In this document: positions 41,100 through 51,456 of the stretch, piece by piece | Layout: each line of letters opens with the position of its first letter | Position numbering within the stretch: position 1 is the first letter of the stretch | Assembly: GCA_046331705.1 (NCBI GenBank) | Contig: JAXLQJ010000004.1 | Location: forward strand, 1 to 64,000 | Reading direction: 5' to 3' | DNA from: a bacterium | Lineage (GTDB): Bacteria > JADJOY01 | Length of the DNA: 64,000 bases | Program-made: the position numbers and the translations under genes | The notes under the pieces: model-generated | The model's database searches: none | Seen by the model: only the letters and a program-made list of their open reading frames with translations | What the model was told of the DNA's origin: nothing

Positions 41100-42599
41100 T
41101 CAGTCCGCCGCGAGCTGGGCGCGCACCTGACGCCGCAGCAGCTTGCCGGTTTCGTTGTAGGGCAGCGATTCCCAAAACTCGATCCGCTCGGGAGTGCGCG
41201 ACGAGCGCAGGTGCTTCTTCACCCACGCTTGCAGGTCCTCGATCGACGTCCGCTTGCCGGGCTTGGTCACGACCACCGCCGCGACCGCCTCGCCCCACTG
41301 CTCGCTCGGCACGCCCACCACGGCGCAGTCGGCGATCGCATCGTGCTCGAGCAGCACGTCCTCGATCTCGCCCGGCGACATGTTCTCGCCACCGCGGACG
41401 ATGACGTCGTCGATCCGGCCCTCGAGGAAGAGATAGCCCGCGTCGTCGAGCAGGCCGCCGTCGCGGGTGGGGAAGAAACCGTCGCTTCCCACGGAGCTGC
41501 CGCGCCCCAGGTACTCGCCCGAGACCTGCTCCCCTCGGACGTACACCTCGCCGCGCTGATTCGCGCCCAGCGCGCTGCCGCTCTCGTCGCGGATCTCGAC
41601 CTCGACGCTCGGCAGCGGCCGCCCCACCGACACCAAGCGGCGCCGCACGGCGGGATCGTCACTGGCGATCGCGGCGCGGTGATCCTCCGGCCCCAGGATC
41701 GCGATGGTCGAGCTGGTCTCGGTGAGGCCGTACGCGTTCGTGAAGTCGACGCCGGGAAAGAGACGCAGGGCCTTCTCGATCACCGACTGCGGCATCTTGC
41801 CGCCGCCGTAGGCGAGCGCGCGCAGCTGCGGCATGTCCGCCGTCGGCGCGTCGCCCAGCGCGTCCACGATGCGCGCCAACATGGTCGGCACGACGAAGGC
41901 GTGCGTGACCCGCTCGCGGCGCGCGGTCTCGATCCACGATTCCGCCGAGAAGCTGGCAAGCTGCACGATTCGCCGGCCCGAGTAGATCGAGCTCGCCAGT
42001 GCGGCCATTCCCGCCACGTGATAGGGCGGGACGCTCACGAGCGTTGCCTCGTCCTCGCCGGCCGAGCCGAACTCGACCGAGCCGAAGATGTACGAGACCA
42101 GATGCTTCTGCCGCAGCACCGCGGCCTTCGGCGCGCCCGTGGTCCCGCTGGTGAAGAGCAGGATCGCGATGTCGTCGGGGTCGGCGCTCCAGTCGGGCTC
42201 GCCGGGCTGGCCCGAGGTGGCGGCGTCGAGGAACGCATCACGCGTGACCACGGTGGTGCGCGCGACGTGCGCCAGCGACGCCACCCGACCGCCCTCCGTC
42301 ACGAGATACGAAGGTGCGATGCGCTCGAGGAGCTTCTCGACCTCCTCGGCCGTGAGGCGGTAGTTGAGCGGCACGAACGGCACGCCCGCCCACGCGCTGG
42401 CGAAGAGGCCAACCGGCACGGCCAGGCTCGACACATCGAGCACCGCGGCGCGCCTGGCGCCGCTGGCGTGCAGGAGCGCGCCGGTGCTGCCGGCGGCATC
42501 GAAGAGCTGCTGGTAGCTGAGCTTGGTCGCTCCGTTCTGCACGGCGATGCGATCGCCGAAGCCCGAAGCCGCCATCTCGAGGAGCATCATCAGGTTCAT
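41100..42599 (-). CDS. Acyl-CoA synthetase (AMP-binding, FadD-like)
   Basis: FTSGTTGAPKA, YGLTET, TRDGG, GRIDD..RGGEN, TGK. Confidence 0.92.
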   Translation of the reverse strand: MNLMMLLEMAASGFGDRIAVQNGATKLSYQQLFDAAGSTGALLHASGARRAAVLDVSSLAVPVGLFASAWAGVPFVPLNYRLTAEEVEKLLERIAPSYLVTEGGRVASLAHVARTTVVTRDAFLDAATSGQPGEPDWSADPDDIAILLFTSGTTGAPKAAVLRQKHLVSYIFGSVEFGSAGEDEATLVSVPPYHVAGMAALASSIYSGRRIVQLASFSAESWIETARRERVTHAFVVPTMLARIVDALGDAPTADMPQLRALAYGGGKMPQSVIEKALRLFPGVDFTNAYGLTETSSTIAILGPEDHRAAIASDDPAVRRRLVSVGRPLPSVEVEIRDESGSALGANQRGEVYVRGEQVSGEYLGRGSSVGSDGFFPTRDGGLLDDAGYLFLEGRIDDVIVRGGENMSPGEIEDVLLEHDAIADCAVVGVPSEQWGEAVAAVVVTKPGKRTSIEDLQAWVKKHLRSSRTPERIEFWESLPYNETGKLLRRQVRAQLAAD

Positions 42600-42736
42600 G
42601 AAGAACGCCGTGCGCCTTTCGCGACGGGGAACGAAGCCAGCGTCGCTACGACTGCGATCCAGAGGCCACGCGGTGGCGAGGGCGAGACCCCACCCGCGCG
42701 CGAAGCAGCGAACGTCGATAAAGGGTCCGCCACCGC

Positions 42737-43050
42737 TCAATCCGACGAGGGCAGCGGCTTGGCCTCTCCGAGGACCAAGAGCGCGCCGTTGGCGCCCAGG
42801 GCGCCCTGTCCCGCCTTCGTGCAGAGCAGTCGAGATCGCCGCTGGCGTTCACGTAGCGCTTGCCGAGGAGCGTGCCGCCGTTGGCGTCGGCGGCGACGGC
42901 GCCACCGTCGGGTTTGGCGTCGGCCATCGCCAGGAGCGGCGCACCGCCGCACGTCACCGCGACGTCGTCCTTGGGCGCGGCGATCACCATCACCTCGGTG
43001 GTGCACACCGCGCTCTTGAGCCGCCGTGTTCCTGCCTTGAGCTGCGCCAT
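42737..43050 (-). CDS. Small hypothetical protein with two desulforedoxin-like repeats (one frameshift)
   Basis: MAQLKAGTR.LKSAVCTTEVMV..TCGGAPL..GKRYVNASGDL / LLCTKAG..AKPLPSSD split over two frames near 42830. Confidence 0.6.
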
Positions 43051-43126
43051 CGTTCGCCTCTCTCGCCTCGTTCGTTCGACGCGGTCCCGCGCCGGCGCGA
43101 TCAGCCGCGGCGCGAACGGGGCTTCC

Positions 43127-43174
43127 TTGACCCGAAGTGAAACACGTTCTATCTTGCGCGTCCACCACGTTTCA
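43127..43174 (+). promoter_or_regulatory. Sigma70 promoter containing KstR-type operator(s)
   Basis: TTGACC (43127-32), 17-nt spacer, TATCTT (43150-55); TGAAACACGTTCTA (43138-51) equals TnnAACnnGTTnnA; one-mismatch copy TCCACCACGTTTCA at 43161-74. Confidence 0.65.
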
Positions 43175-43248
43175 AGCGGAAAAACAGGGCACTCGCGCAT
43201 TTCGCTCCGCTTCGAGCGGCGCGCCGAAGCGCCAGGGAACGCCAATCC

Positions 43249-44397
43249 GTGACGGCTCCGGCTCGAGTCTCGAAGCACCGCCAAGCGGCGGTGGTGGGCA
43301 TCCACGCGCTGCCGTTCTCCAAGAACATCGGCATGACCGAGCGCCATTCCGGTGCTCGCCATCCTCGGCGCGCTCGCCGACGCCGGCCTCACGGTGCGGG
43401 ACGTGGACGGCATGTTCCGCTACGTCTGGGAAGGCACCACCGAGATGGAGATGGCGCGCATCCTCGGCGTGCCCAACCTATGCGCGTTCGGCGAGGTCGA
43501 TTACGGCGGCGGCGCCGGCTGCCTGACCGTCGCGCACGCGGCGCTCGCCATCGAGAACCACCTCGCCGACGTCGTGGTCACGTGGCGAGCCCGCAATCGC
43601 GGCTCGGGCGTGCGTCCGTGGTCGCAGCAATACATGGCCACTGGGCAAGATCAGTTCGAGCGCCCCTACCACGTCGCCCGCCCCGTCGACGGCATGGCCT
43701 TCCACACCCGCTACTGGATCCACCGCTATGGCTGGACCCTCGAGGCGCTGGGACGCGTGGCGGTCACCCAGCGCGAGCACGCCCGCAGGAATCCGGCGGC
43801 GATGATGCAAAAGCCGTCGATGATGGAGGATTACCTGGTGGCGCGCATGATCTGCGATCCGCTCCGGCTCTTCGATTGCTGCCTCGAGACCGATGGCGCG
43901 CTCGCCATGGTGCTCACCAGCGCCGAGCGCGCGCGATCTCGGCGTGACGCCGGTCTACGTCCATGGTTTCGCCATGGGCTCCGGTCCGCAGATGACCGCG
44001 ATGACGTTCTTCTTACGACGAGACACTCGGCAAGACGCCCAATGCGTGGGTGGCGCCCGAGCTCTGGAAGAGCACCGGGCTCACCGCGGCCGACATGGAC
44101 GTGTGCCAGTTCTACGATGCCTTCACGCCGCAGATTCCCATCGCGTTCGAGGAGTTCTCGGCTTCTGTGGCGAGGGCGAGTCGCCCGCGCATACGGCCGA
44201 GCGCCGCAACCCGCCCTACAACACCAGCGGCGGCGGCATCTCCGAAGCGTACGTCCACGGCTTCAACCCTGGCCGGAGGGCGTGCGCCAGGTGCGGGGCA
44301 CGTCCACCACAGGCGCGGAACGTCCGCCATTGCCTTGGTCACCAGCGGCAACGTCGTGCCCACCGGCGCGCTCGTGTTCGCGAAGGAACAGTGGTGA
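43249..44397 (+). CDS. Ltp2-like SCPx-thiolase-fold protein (steroid side-chain aldolase type), frameshifted
   Basis: AAVVG..PFSK, ALADAGL..DVDG, HARRNPAA, LRLFDCCLETDG, QFYDAFT, NTSGGGISEAYVHG spread across several frames. Confidence 0.75.
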
Positions 44398-44401
44398 GCC
44401 C

Positions 44402-44830
44402 GTGAGCGCGCCCGTGCTCGACCCCAAGACCGCCTTTCCGATCCCGGTGGCGGACGCCGACACCCAGCCCTTCTGGGACGGTGTTGGCGCCGGCGAGCTG
44501 CGCATCCGGCGCTGCGCGCTGCAACGCCTGGCCCTGGCAGCCGCGTCCGATCTGCTCCACCTGTCAGGCCCCGCGCCAGTGTGGACGCGGGTGAGCGGCG
44601 ACGGCGTCATCGCGTCGTGGGTGGTGATGCGTCCGCCCACGTTGCCCGCGTACGCCGACAAGACCCCGTTCGTGGTGCTGCTCGCGACGCGGCGGAGGGT
44701 GGTGCGGCTGCCGGCTACCTGGTCGACGAGTCCGCGCGCCCTCAAGACCGACGGCACGACGGAAGGTGTCGCGATCGGGCGCAAGGTACGTTCGTTTTCA
44801 CGACCAAGCCGGCACCCGCCTACCCTGCTG
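44402..44830 (+). CDS. DUF35 Zn-ribbon/OB-fold protein (ChsH2 C-terminal-like), frameshifted
   Basis: P..DADTQPFWDG..GELRIRRC, P...C..C, WTRVSGDGVIASW, PFVVLL; end approximate. Confidence 0.72.
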
Positions 44831-44852
44831 GACCCTGTCCTGAGGTGACGAG

Positions 44853-46027
44853 ATGGAATTCGAGCCTGGACGAGCTCTCAAGGCATTCGCGGCCGAGGTG
44901 GACCAGTTCATCTGCGACAACTGGGACCCCGAGGTCATGGACCCGATGCCCGAGCAGCTCTCGCAGGTGGTCGACACCCGCCCAAGCGCGCCTTCATGCG
45001 CAAGCTCGCCCAGAAGGGTTGGCTCGGCATGTCCTGGCCGAAGGAATACGGAGGAAGGATCTGAGCGGATGTACAGGAAAGTTCCTGCTCACCGAGCGCT
45101 GGGCGCGCGTGGGCGCACCCCAGCCGGGCAAGGGTGTCGGCACCATCGGCAAGACGATCATCCGCCACGGCAACGCCAAGCTGAAGGAATACTTCCTGCC
45201 GCGCGGGATCGCGCGCGGCGAGATCGAGTTCGCGATCGGCTACAGCGAGCCGCGCAAGCCGGCTCGACGCGGCCGCGATGCAGCTCAAGGCCACTCCGCG
45301 ACGGCGACGGCTGGCGCCTCAACGGTCGCAAGATCTGGACGACCTCGGCGCATTTCGCCGATTGGTACTGGGTCGGCGCGCGCACCGATCCCGACGCCCC
45401 CAAGCACAAGGGCATCACGCTCTTCCTGGTGGAGATGCGCCACCCCGGCATCACCATCCAGCCCACCTGGACCATCGGCGACGAGCGCACCAACGAGGTG
45501 TTCATCGACGACGTGGTGGAGACGACTTCGTCGTGGGCGAGCTCAACAAGGGCTGGACCTACATCTGCGAGGCCCTCGACCTCGAGCGCTTCGGCATGAT
45601 GCCGATCGGCGCGATGGAGATGAAGGTCGACACGCTCTGCAAATGGGTCATGCGCGCCGAGCGCGACGGCGCCCCGCTGCGCGACGATCCCGTGGCGCGG
45701 CACACCATCGCGCTGCTCGTGACCCAGCTCGAGGTCGCGCGCATGATGCAGCGTCGGGTCGAGCGAGGCGCTCAAGGGTCGCGTGCCCACCGTCGAATCG
45801 TCGATGCACAAGCTCTACGCCAACGAGCTCGACCAGCGCATCGCCAACTGGGCGATGGAGCTGATGGCCCCGCGGGGCTCCTGAAGCGCGGCAACGAGGG
45901 CGCACCGATGGACGGGCTTCGAGCGCTCGTATCGCTACACCGTGGTCAACACCATTGGCGGCGGAACCCGGAGATCCAGAAGAACATCATCGCCCGCCGC
46001 CAGCTCGGGCTGCCCCTCGTCGTGTGA
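44853..46027 (+). CDS. Acyl-CoA dehydrogenase (FadE26/29-like), frameshifted
   Basis: GWLGMSWPKEYGG, FAIGYSEP, LNGRKIWTTSAH, KHKGITLFLV, TNEVF, ALDLER, IGGG..EIQKNIIARR.LGLP. Confidence 0.85.
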
Positions 46028-46283
46028 CGATCCGCCGACGGCGCGCGCCATCGGCTCACGCGCCAGCGTCCACGGCCATCGCGCGCGTATTCGAACCCAG
46101 GGCAAGGGGTTTCGCGGCCGCTCGCCGTAACGGACGGCGGCGATCCGAGACCGGACACGGGAGCGCCGGAGCGCGCTCGATCGATCCCGGATCCAACGCC
46201 CTGACGCGCCATCGCTTGGGCGGCGACGCCGCGCCGGCGTACCCTGCGCCAGACGTCGACTGCCCTCACCGCGCGAGGCAACG

Positions 46284-46621
46284 ATGAACGACCAGCGACC
46301 GCACCCGATCCAGACCCGCCGTTCCCGGATTCCCGGGCGGGGCGTCGCGCCCTGCGCGGCGGTCCTCCTGCTCGCCGCCACCTTTCAGCAGCGCTTCGGC
46401 GGCCACCGCGGCGAACACCAAGGGCGCCGCCGGCAAGTCCACGGTGTCGACGAGATCTGGGAGATCCGCGCCGTTCCCGCGGACAAGGTCGGCACCGACG
46501 TGCAGGGCAATCAGGTCGTGGTCATCGAGCCGTCGAACGAGCGTGCCGAGGAGACCTCTGGCACCCTGTGTCCGAAGCCCCTGCATCGCACCGTCATTCA
46601 GATCGTGCCCAAGCTTCCTGA
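46284..46621 (+). CDS. Hypothetical secreted protein, probably frameshifted
   Basis: Signal-like CAAVLLLAAT and a globular C-terminal part (VDEIWEIRAVPADKVG). Confidence 0.35.
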
Positions 46622-46646
46622 TCCGGCGGCCGCGAGCGGGCGCCGC

Positions 46647-47242
46647 TCACACCCTCCGCCGCGTAGGGCGGCGCCGGATCGTACTGGATCGCACGCGCTG
46701 CGTGATGCGCGCGTGCGCAATCCCCCACAGCCCTTGACCAGCCCAGCGCCATGTCGATCCCCGCGGACACGCCCGCCGCGGTGACGACGTTGCCGTCGCG
46801 CACGTAGCGTACGTCGTCGAGGACGGTGAGATCGCCGAAGCCGCGCAGCGTCCTGCACGAAGCGCCAGTGGGTGGTGACACGCTTGCCGCGGGCGAGCCC
46901 GGCTTCGCGTAGCAGCAGCGCACCGGTACACACGCTGGTGACCCAGGTGCACCCGCGCCGACCGAGCGAATCCAGTCGACGAGCGCTATGCTTCCACCCG
47001 CGGCGCGTGCCCTGCCCGCCCGGGACGAGAATCACGTCGAGCTTCATGTTCGCGAAGGTGTGATCGGGCAAGACCCGGAGCCCCTTGGCGGCCCGCACCG
47101 GCGCCTCGCGCTCGGCCACGCTGAGCACCTGGTCGCCGGCGGCGTCGCGGAGCTTCGCCGCCATCGTGAAGACCTCCACGGCCCGGACGAAGTCGATTTC
47201 TCCACGTCGTCGAAAAGCAGCACCCCTGATCGTGACGCCCAC
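46647..47242 (-). CDS. DJ-1/PfpI family protein (isonitrile hydratase-like), frameshifted
   Basis: GVLLFDDVE.IDF.GPWEVF, LDVILVPGGQG, TSVCTGALLL, TTHW, RYVRDGNVVTAAGVSAGIDMAL, QYDPAPPY. Confidence 0.85.
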
Positions 47243-47269
47243 GTCGTCTTCCCCGCGCGCGTGCTCCAG

Positions 47270-50200
47270 CCGCGCGCGCCGAGCGCTCGAGCCCAGCCGC
47301 GCGCTTCCTCGCGCGCGCGGATCTCGCGGCGCCGCGCCACGCGACGCCACCACGGCGCCTCGACCCACGCGACGACCTCGGGCGGCGGCGAGCACGTCGT
47401 AGGCGCGCTTCCAGCTCGAGCGCCAGCGCTTCCTGCTGCCCGCGTTGCGGGCCAGCTCGGTGAGCGCATCCAGCGCCTGGCGGTGCGCGCCGAGCCGATC
47501 GTGAGCGCCGCCGCCACCGCGTGCACCGCCCAGCCGAGGGCGTCGATCGCGTGACCGCGCCGCCGACGGAGCCGCGCCAGACGTCCAGATACGCCGCGAT
47601 CGCCTCGCGATCGCCGTCGCGCTCCGACGACTCGAGCGCGCGCCGGAACGCCCGCCACGCCTCGTCCGGCTCGCCGCGAACTCGGCCAGGTCCCAGCTCG
47701 GCAGCGGCCTGCTCACGTGCGCGCGGTTGCCGCGCGCCGCCGCCGCCTCCAGCGCGGCGCCAAGGTGACGAGCGGCCTCTTCGGGCTGATCGCGCCTGCG
47801 CGCCGTGCGCGCCAGCGCGAGCCACGCCCGATGGGCGCGCCGTGTCACCGCGCGCCCGCGCCAGCACCAAGGCCCGCGACGAGGCCGCCGCCGAATCGTC
47901 GAAGCGTTGACGCGCGCGCAGCAGCTCGCCGGCGGTGAGCAGCACGCCGAGCAGCTCGGGGTCGGATGCACGCGCTTCCCGGATCGCCAACGCGCGCTCG
48001 ATCCGGGAGGACGCGGACGCGAGATCGCCGGCATGCCGTGCCAGCACGGCCAAGTGGTGCAGATTCGTCGCCTCGGCGTCCTCGTCGCCGGCCTCGACCG
48101 CCCGCGCCAGCGACTTCTCGAACCACGCCTGCGCCAGGCGAGGTCGCCGTCGAGCGCCGCCACCACCCCGAGCTCGCCCCACGAGCGCGCCAGCCCGGGC
48201 CCGTCGCGGTGCGCGTCCTCGCGGGTCGCGGCTTCGTGGAAGAAGGTTCGAGCCTCGCTGATGCGGCCACGTCGGCGTGCGCAGATGCCCAGCTGATGGC
48301 GGAACGCGCGCGCCGCGGCGGAGTCCCGCGGCAGTTGCCCCAGCACCTCGTGGCAGAGCCGCTCGGCGCGCTCCAGCGCACCCAGCGCATCGAGCTGCGT
48401 GACCACCACCTCGGCGATTCGCGCCGCCTGCTGCAGCTCGTCGGCTGCGAGCAGGTGGCGGCGAAGCTCGACGAGATCCGCCAGGTCGGCGTGCCGGCCG
48501 CGGCAGCGTGCGCACCCGCCAGTGCCGGTAGCGCGCTGCCCGCTGGTGGGCGAGCACCCGTTCACCCCGGTTCCGCCGTGGCGTCGAGATGGGGCACGAG
48601 CCAGCGCGGCACCACGAAGCGACTTCCTTCCGTTTCCGACGCTCGAGCAAGCCTGCAGCGACCAGCTCGTCGAGCGCTTCATCCAGCCCCTCGGGCGGCT
48701 CGATCGGCGTACGCAAGCGCGACGCGATGTCCTGCCCAGCACCCGCTGGTCGTCGCGCGAGAGCCCCAACGACTCGACGCTCGGCCTCGCCGCGCACCCG
48801 CGCGGCGCGGATCGCCTCGTCGAAGCGCGCCAGCCGCTCCGCGACCGCGGCGTCGTGGTGCTGGTCGCGCTCGCGCCCGATCAGCCAGGCGAGGCCCAGC
48901 CGATCCACCGCGACGCGGTGCACGCACGCGCGCCGCAGCAGGGTCCGCGCCGACGGGCTCGCCAGACCGGCGATCAGCCGCGCGATGCTGCTCGGCACCA
49001 GATCCGCGTGGTCGCTCGCGAGCACGTCCGCGAGCGCCGACGTGCCACCCGACGCCAACACCGACTCGAGCAGCTGGAGGCGGCGCGGCACCCCGCCGCA
49101 GGCAGCGGCGAAGGCCGGCGATCTCGCGGCAACGCGACCGAGTGTTCCGTGCCGATGTGCATCCAGCTCGCCGCGTCCGCGGGGAGCGGCTCGAGCAGCA
49201 CCGTCTCGGGCGTGCGCAGGGCGCAGCTCGTCGCGGGCGAGTGGCCGCCGCGACGCCACGACCGAGCGCGGCGCGCCCGCCTCACGCGGCCAGACCTCCA
49301 ACAGCTCGCGCAGGCTGCCGTCGATGATCCGGCCGTCGTCGTCCTGATCTTCGAAGGCGTCCAGAACGATCACGATCGCCAGCCGTCCCGCCGTCTCGCG
49401 TCAGCCGCCCCAGCGCTCGCGCCACGGTACGTCCGCGCGGCACAGATACCGCCAGCACCCGCAACGGTTCGCGGCCATCGGCCTCGGGGTCCTCGCGCTC
49501 AGCTCACGCGCAGCTGCGCGCGGATCCGTCGGCCGACCTCCGACGATGTCCTGGGCACCACGCGCCTCGGTGAGCGTGACCGCCAGGCGTGGCGCTGCCG
49601 TCGTGCGCTCCACGAGCGCGGCGGCGAGCGTCGTCTTGGCCCCATGCCGGCGCCTGCGATCCAGAGCCCCGAGCGATCGGTGGCCTGCACATCTGCGCAC
49701 GCGCAGCTCGCCGCGCCGTCCCAGCACGCCGACGCGGGGCGGTTGCGGCGCAGCCGTGCTGCCGTCTTCCGCGCGGCCGCCGCTCGCCAGGACCGACGCA
49801 CCAGCGGTGTCGTGAGGAAGAGCGCGGTCGGAGGAGCGAGAGACTCGACGCGTCGCTCGACGCGTCCCCACCGCTCGCGCCCGCGCGAACACGTCCCGCA
49901 GTCGTTCGCGTCGGAGCTCGCGTGGGCGAGCAGCCGAGAAACGAGTGCGGCGTGCCCCTCGACGTCGGAAAGCGCCAGCACGGCGGGCAGGCCCGCGGCC
50001 ACCAGCTCGTAGCCCACGCGCGCGGCCTCGAGCGCCAGATCGCGCGGCGGAGTGACGGCGTCCTTGAGCGGCGCGTTCGCCACGATCAGCAGCGGGACGG
50101 CGCTCGCCCCCCGAGCGCCTCGGCGACCCAGCGCGACGGGACCATGCGTTCCTCGCGATCGTCGGGCCGTGCCAGCGCCAGCTCCGACGCATCGCCGCCC

Positions 50201-51275
50201 AACAGCACCACGTGCGGCGGACGCTCGGCGACCGTGGCGCGGATCTCGTTCGCGACGGCCCGATTCCGCAGGGTCACGCGCACGAGCCTCGCCAGCGCAG
50301 GCTGGCTCCACCGCGGCCAGCAGCGCGCGTGACGCGCGCTCGACGTCGACGCGCGTGCCCGAGCCATGACGATCCGGACTGGCGAGGATCACGAGGAGCT
50401 CGAGCGGTCCGCCGCGCGCCGCGGGCAGCGCCACCGCGCACGATGGCCGAACGCGCGCGATGCGCAGCCACGGCGAGCCTGCGATCTTCTGCGCGCCGGA
50501 CGACACGCCGAGCGCCGACGCCAGCGCGCCTCCCAATCGAAGGGCTGCCACGGGCGGTGCGCGACCTCGAAGCGCAGCCTGATCGAGCCCGCACGCTCGC
50601 GCGCTCGGCGCGCACCGCGTCCCGAACGCAAGCCCCGACGGGCTCCACCGAGCAGCACCGGCGCGAGTGCCGTCCGGTCGAGCCCGCCGGCATGGGTCGC
50701 CGACTCGAGGGTCGCGAGCGCGTCGGCGGAGAAGACGTGCTCGACCTCTCGCCCGTCGAGCGTGGCGATGATGCGATCGGCCGTCAGCCGCAGATCGACC
50801 GCAGCGATCACGGCTTGCCGCGAGGGGCGCGAGCGTCGCCGGCCAATTGCTCGGCGGCGGCGAGTCGCCGCGTTCCCCACGCAGCATCGCCACCAATCGC
50901 CACAGCCACGCGGTGCTGGCGAACGTCGGGTCCGTGGACGCGTCCACGCTCGGCCGCGAGCGCAAGGCCGCGGGCACCTCGCCGAGGTCCTCGAGCAGCA
51001 CCGGCACCAGCGCCGGCGACGTCCCGCCACGGCGCCGCCGAGCAGGCGCCGTGCGAGTCCCGGCGTGCCAGCGTTCGTCGAAGGCGGCGCGCGAGACGAG
51101 CAACGCCTCGCCCAGGCCCCCGCGGAGCGCTCGTGGGAGCCTTCCCGACCCGCGAGCGACCAGTCGTCGAGCGCCACCGCGATCCCGACACCCAGCAGCC
51201 GCTCGGCCATGCGCATCGCGGCGGCCCGCTCCGGCGGGCGGATGCGAGAATCGAGACGTGCCAGGTGGGCGACAT
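47270..51275 (-). CDS. Large TIR-CHAT-STAND NTPase-TPR protein, heavily frameshifted
   Basis: TIR-like N-terminus (GIAVALDDWSL, LLVSRA, LVPVLL); CHAT-like (FDWEA, PLELLVILASP); Walker A remnant GAGMG.KTT; Walker B IVLDAFED; GGVP; TPR repeats (HQLGI, GELGVV, HHLAVL). 3' end approximate. Confidence 0.65.
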
Positions 51276-51456
51276 GTGCGCGGGCGACGGAGACGCGGGT
51301 CGGTTCGGGCCGTTCACCGTCGCACTGTGCGGACGCGGCCGTGGCGGCCCGCGCGCGGATCCAAGCCGCCCTGGCTCGCAGCATACTACCCGGGCACGTT
51401 CGCTCGGCGGCTCGCGAGCGACGCGTATCCGGCGGTGCGCAGGCGTGCGTGACACG

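Noticed and set aside
50850..51275. Thoeris or CBASS system
   Set aside because: No ThsA, cyclase or Cap effector is nearby; the TIR-like part appears fused to CHAT-STAND.
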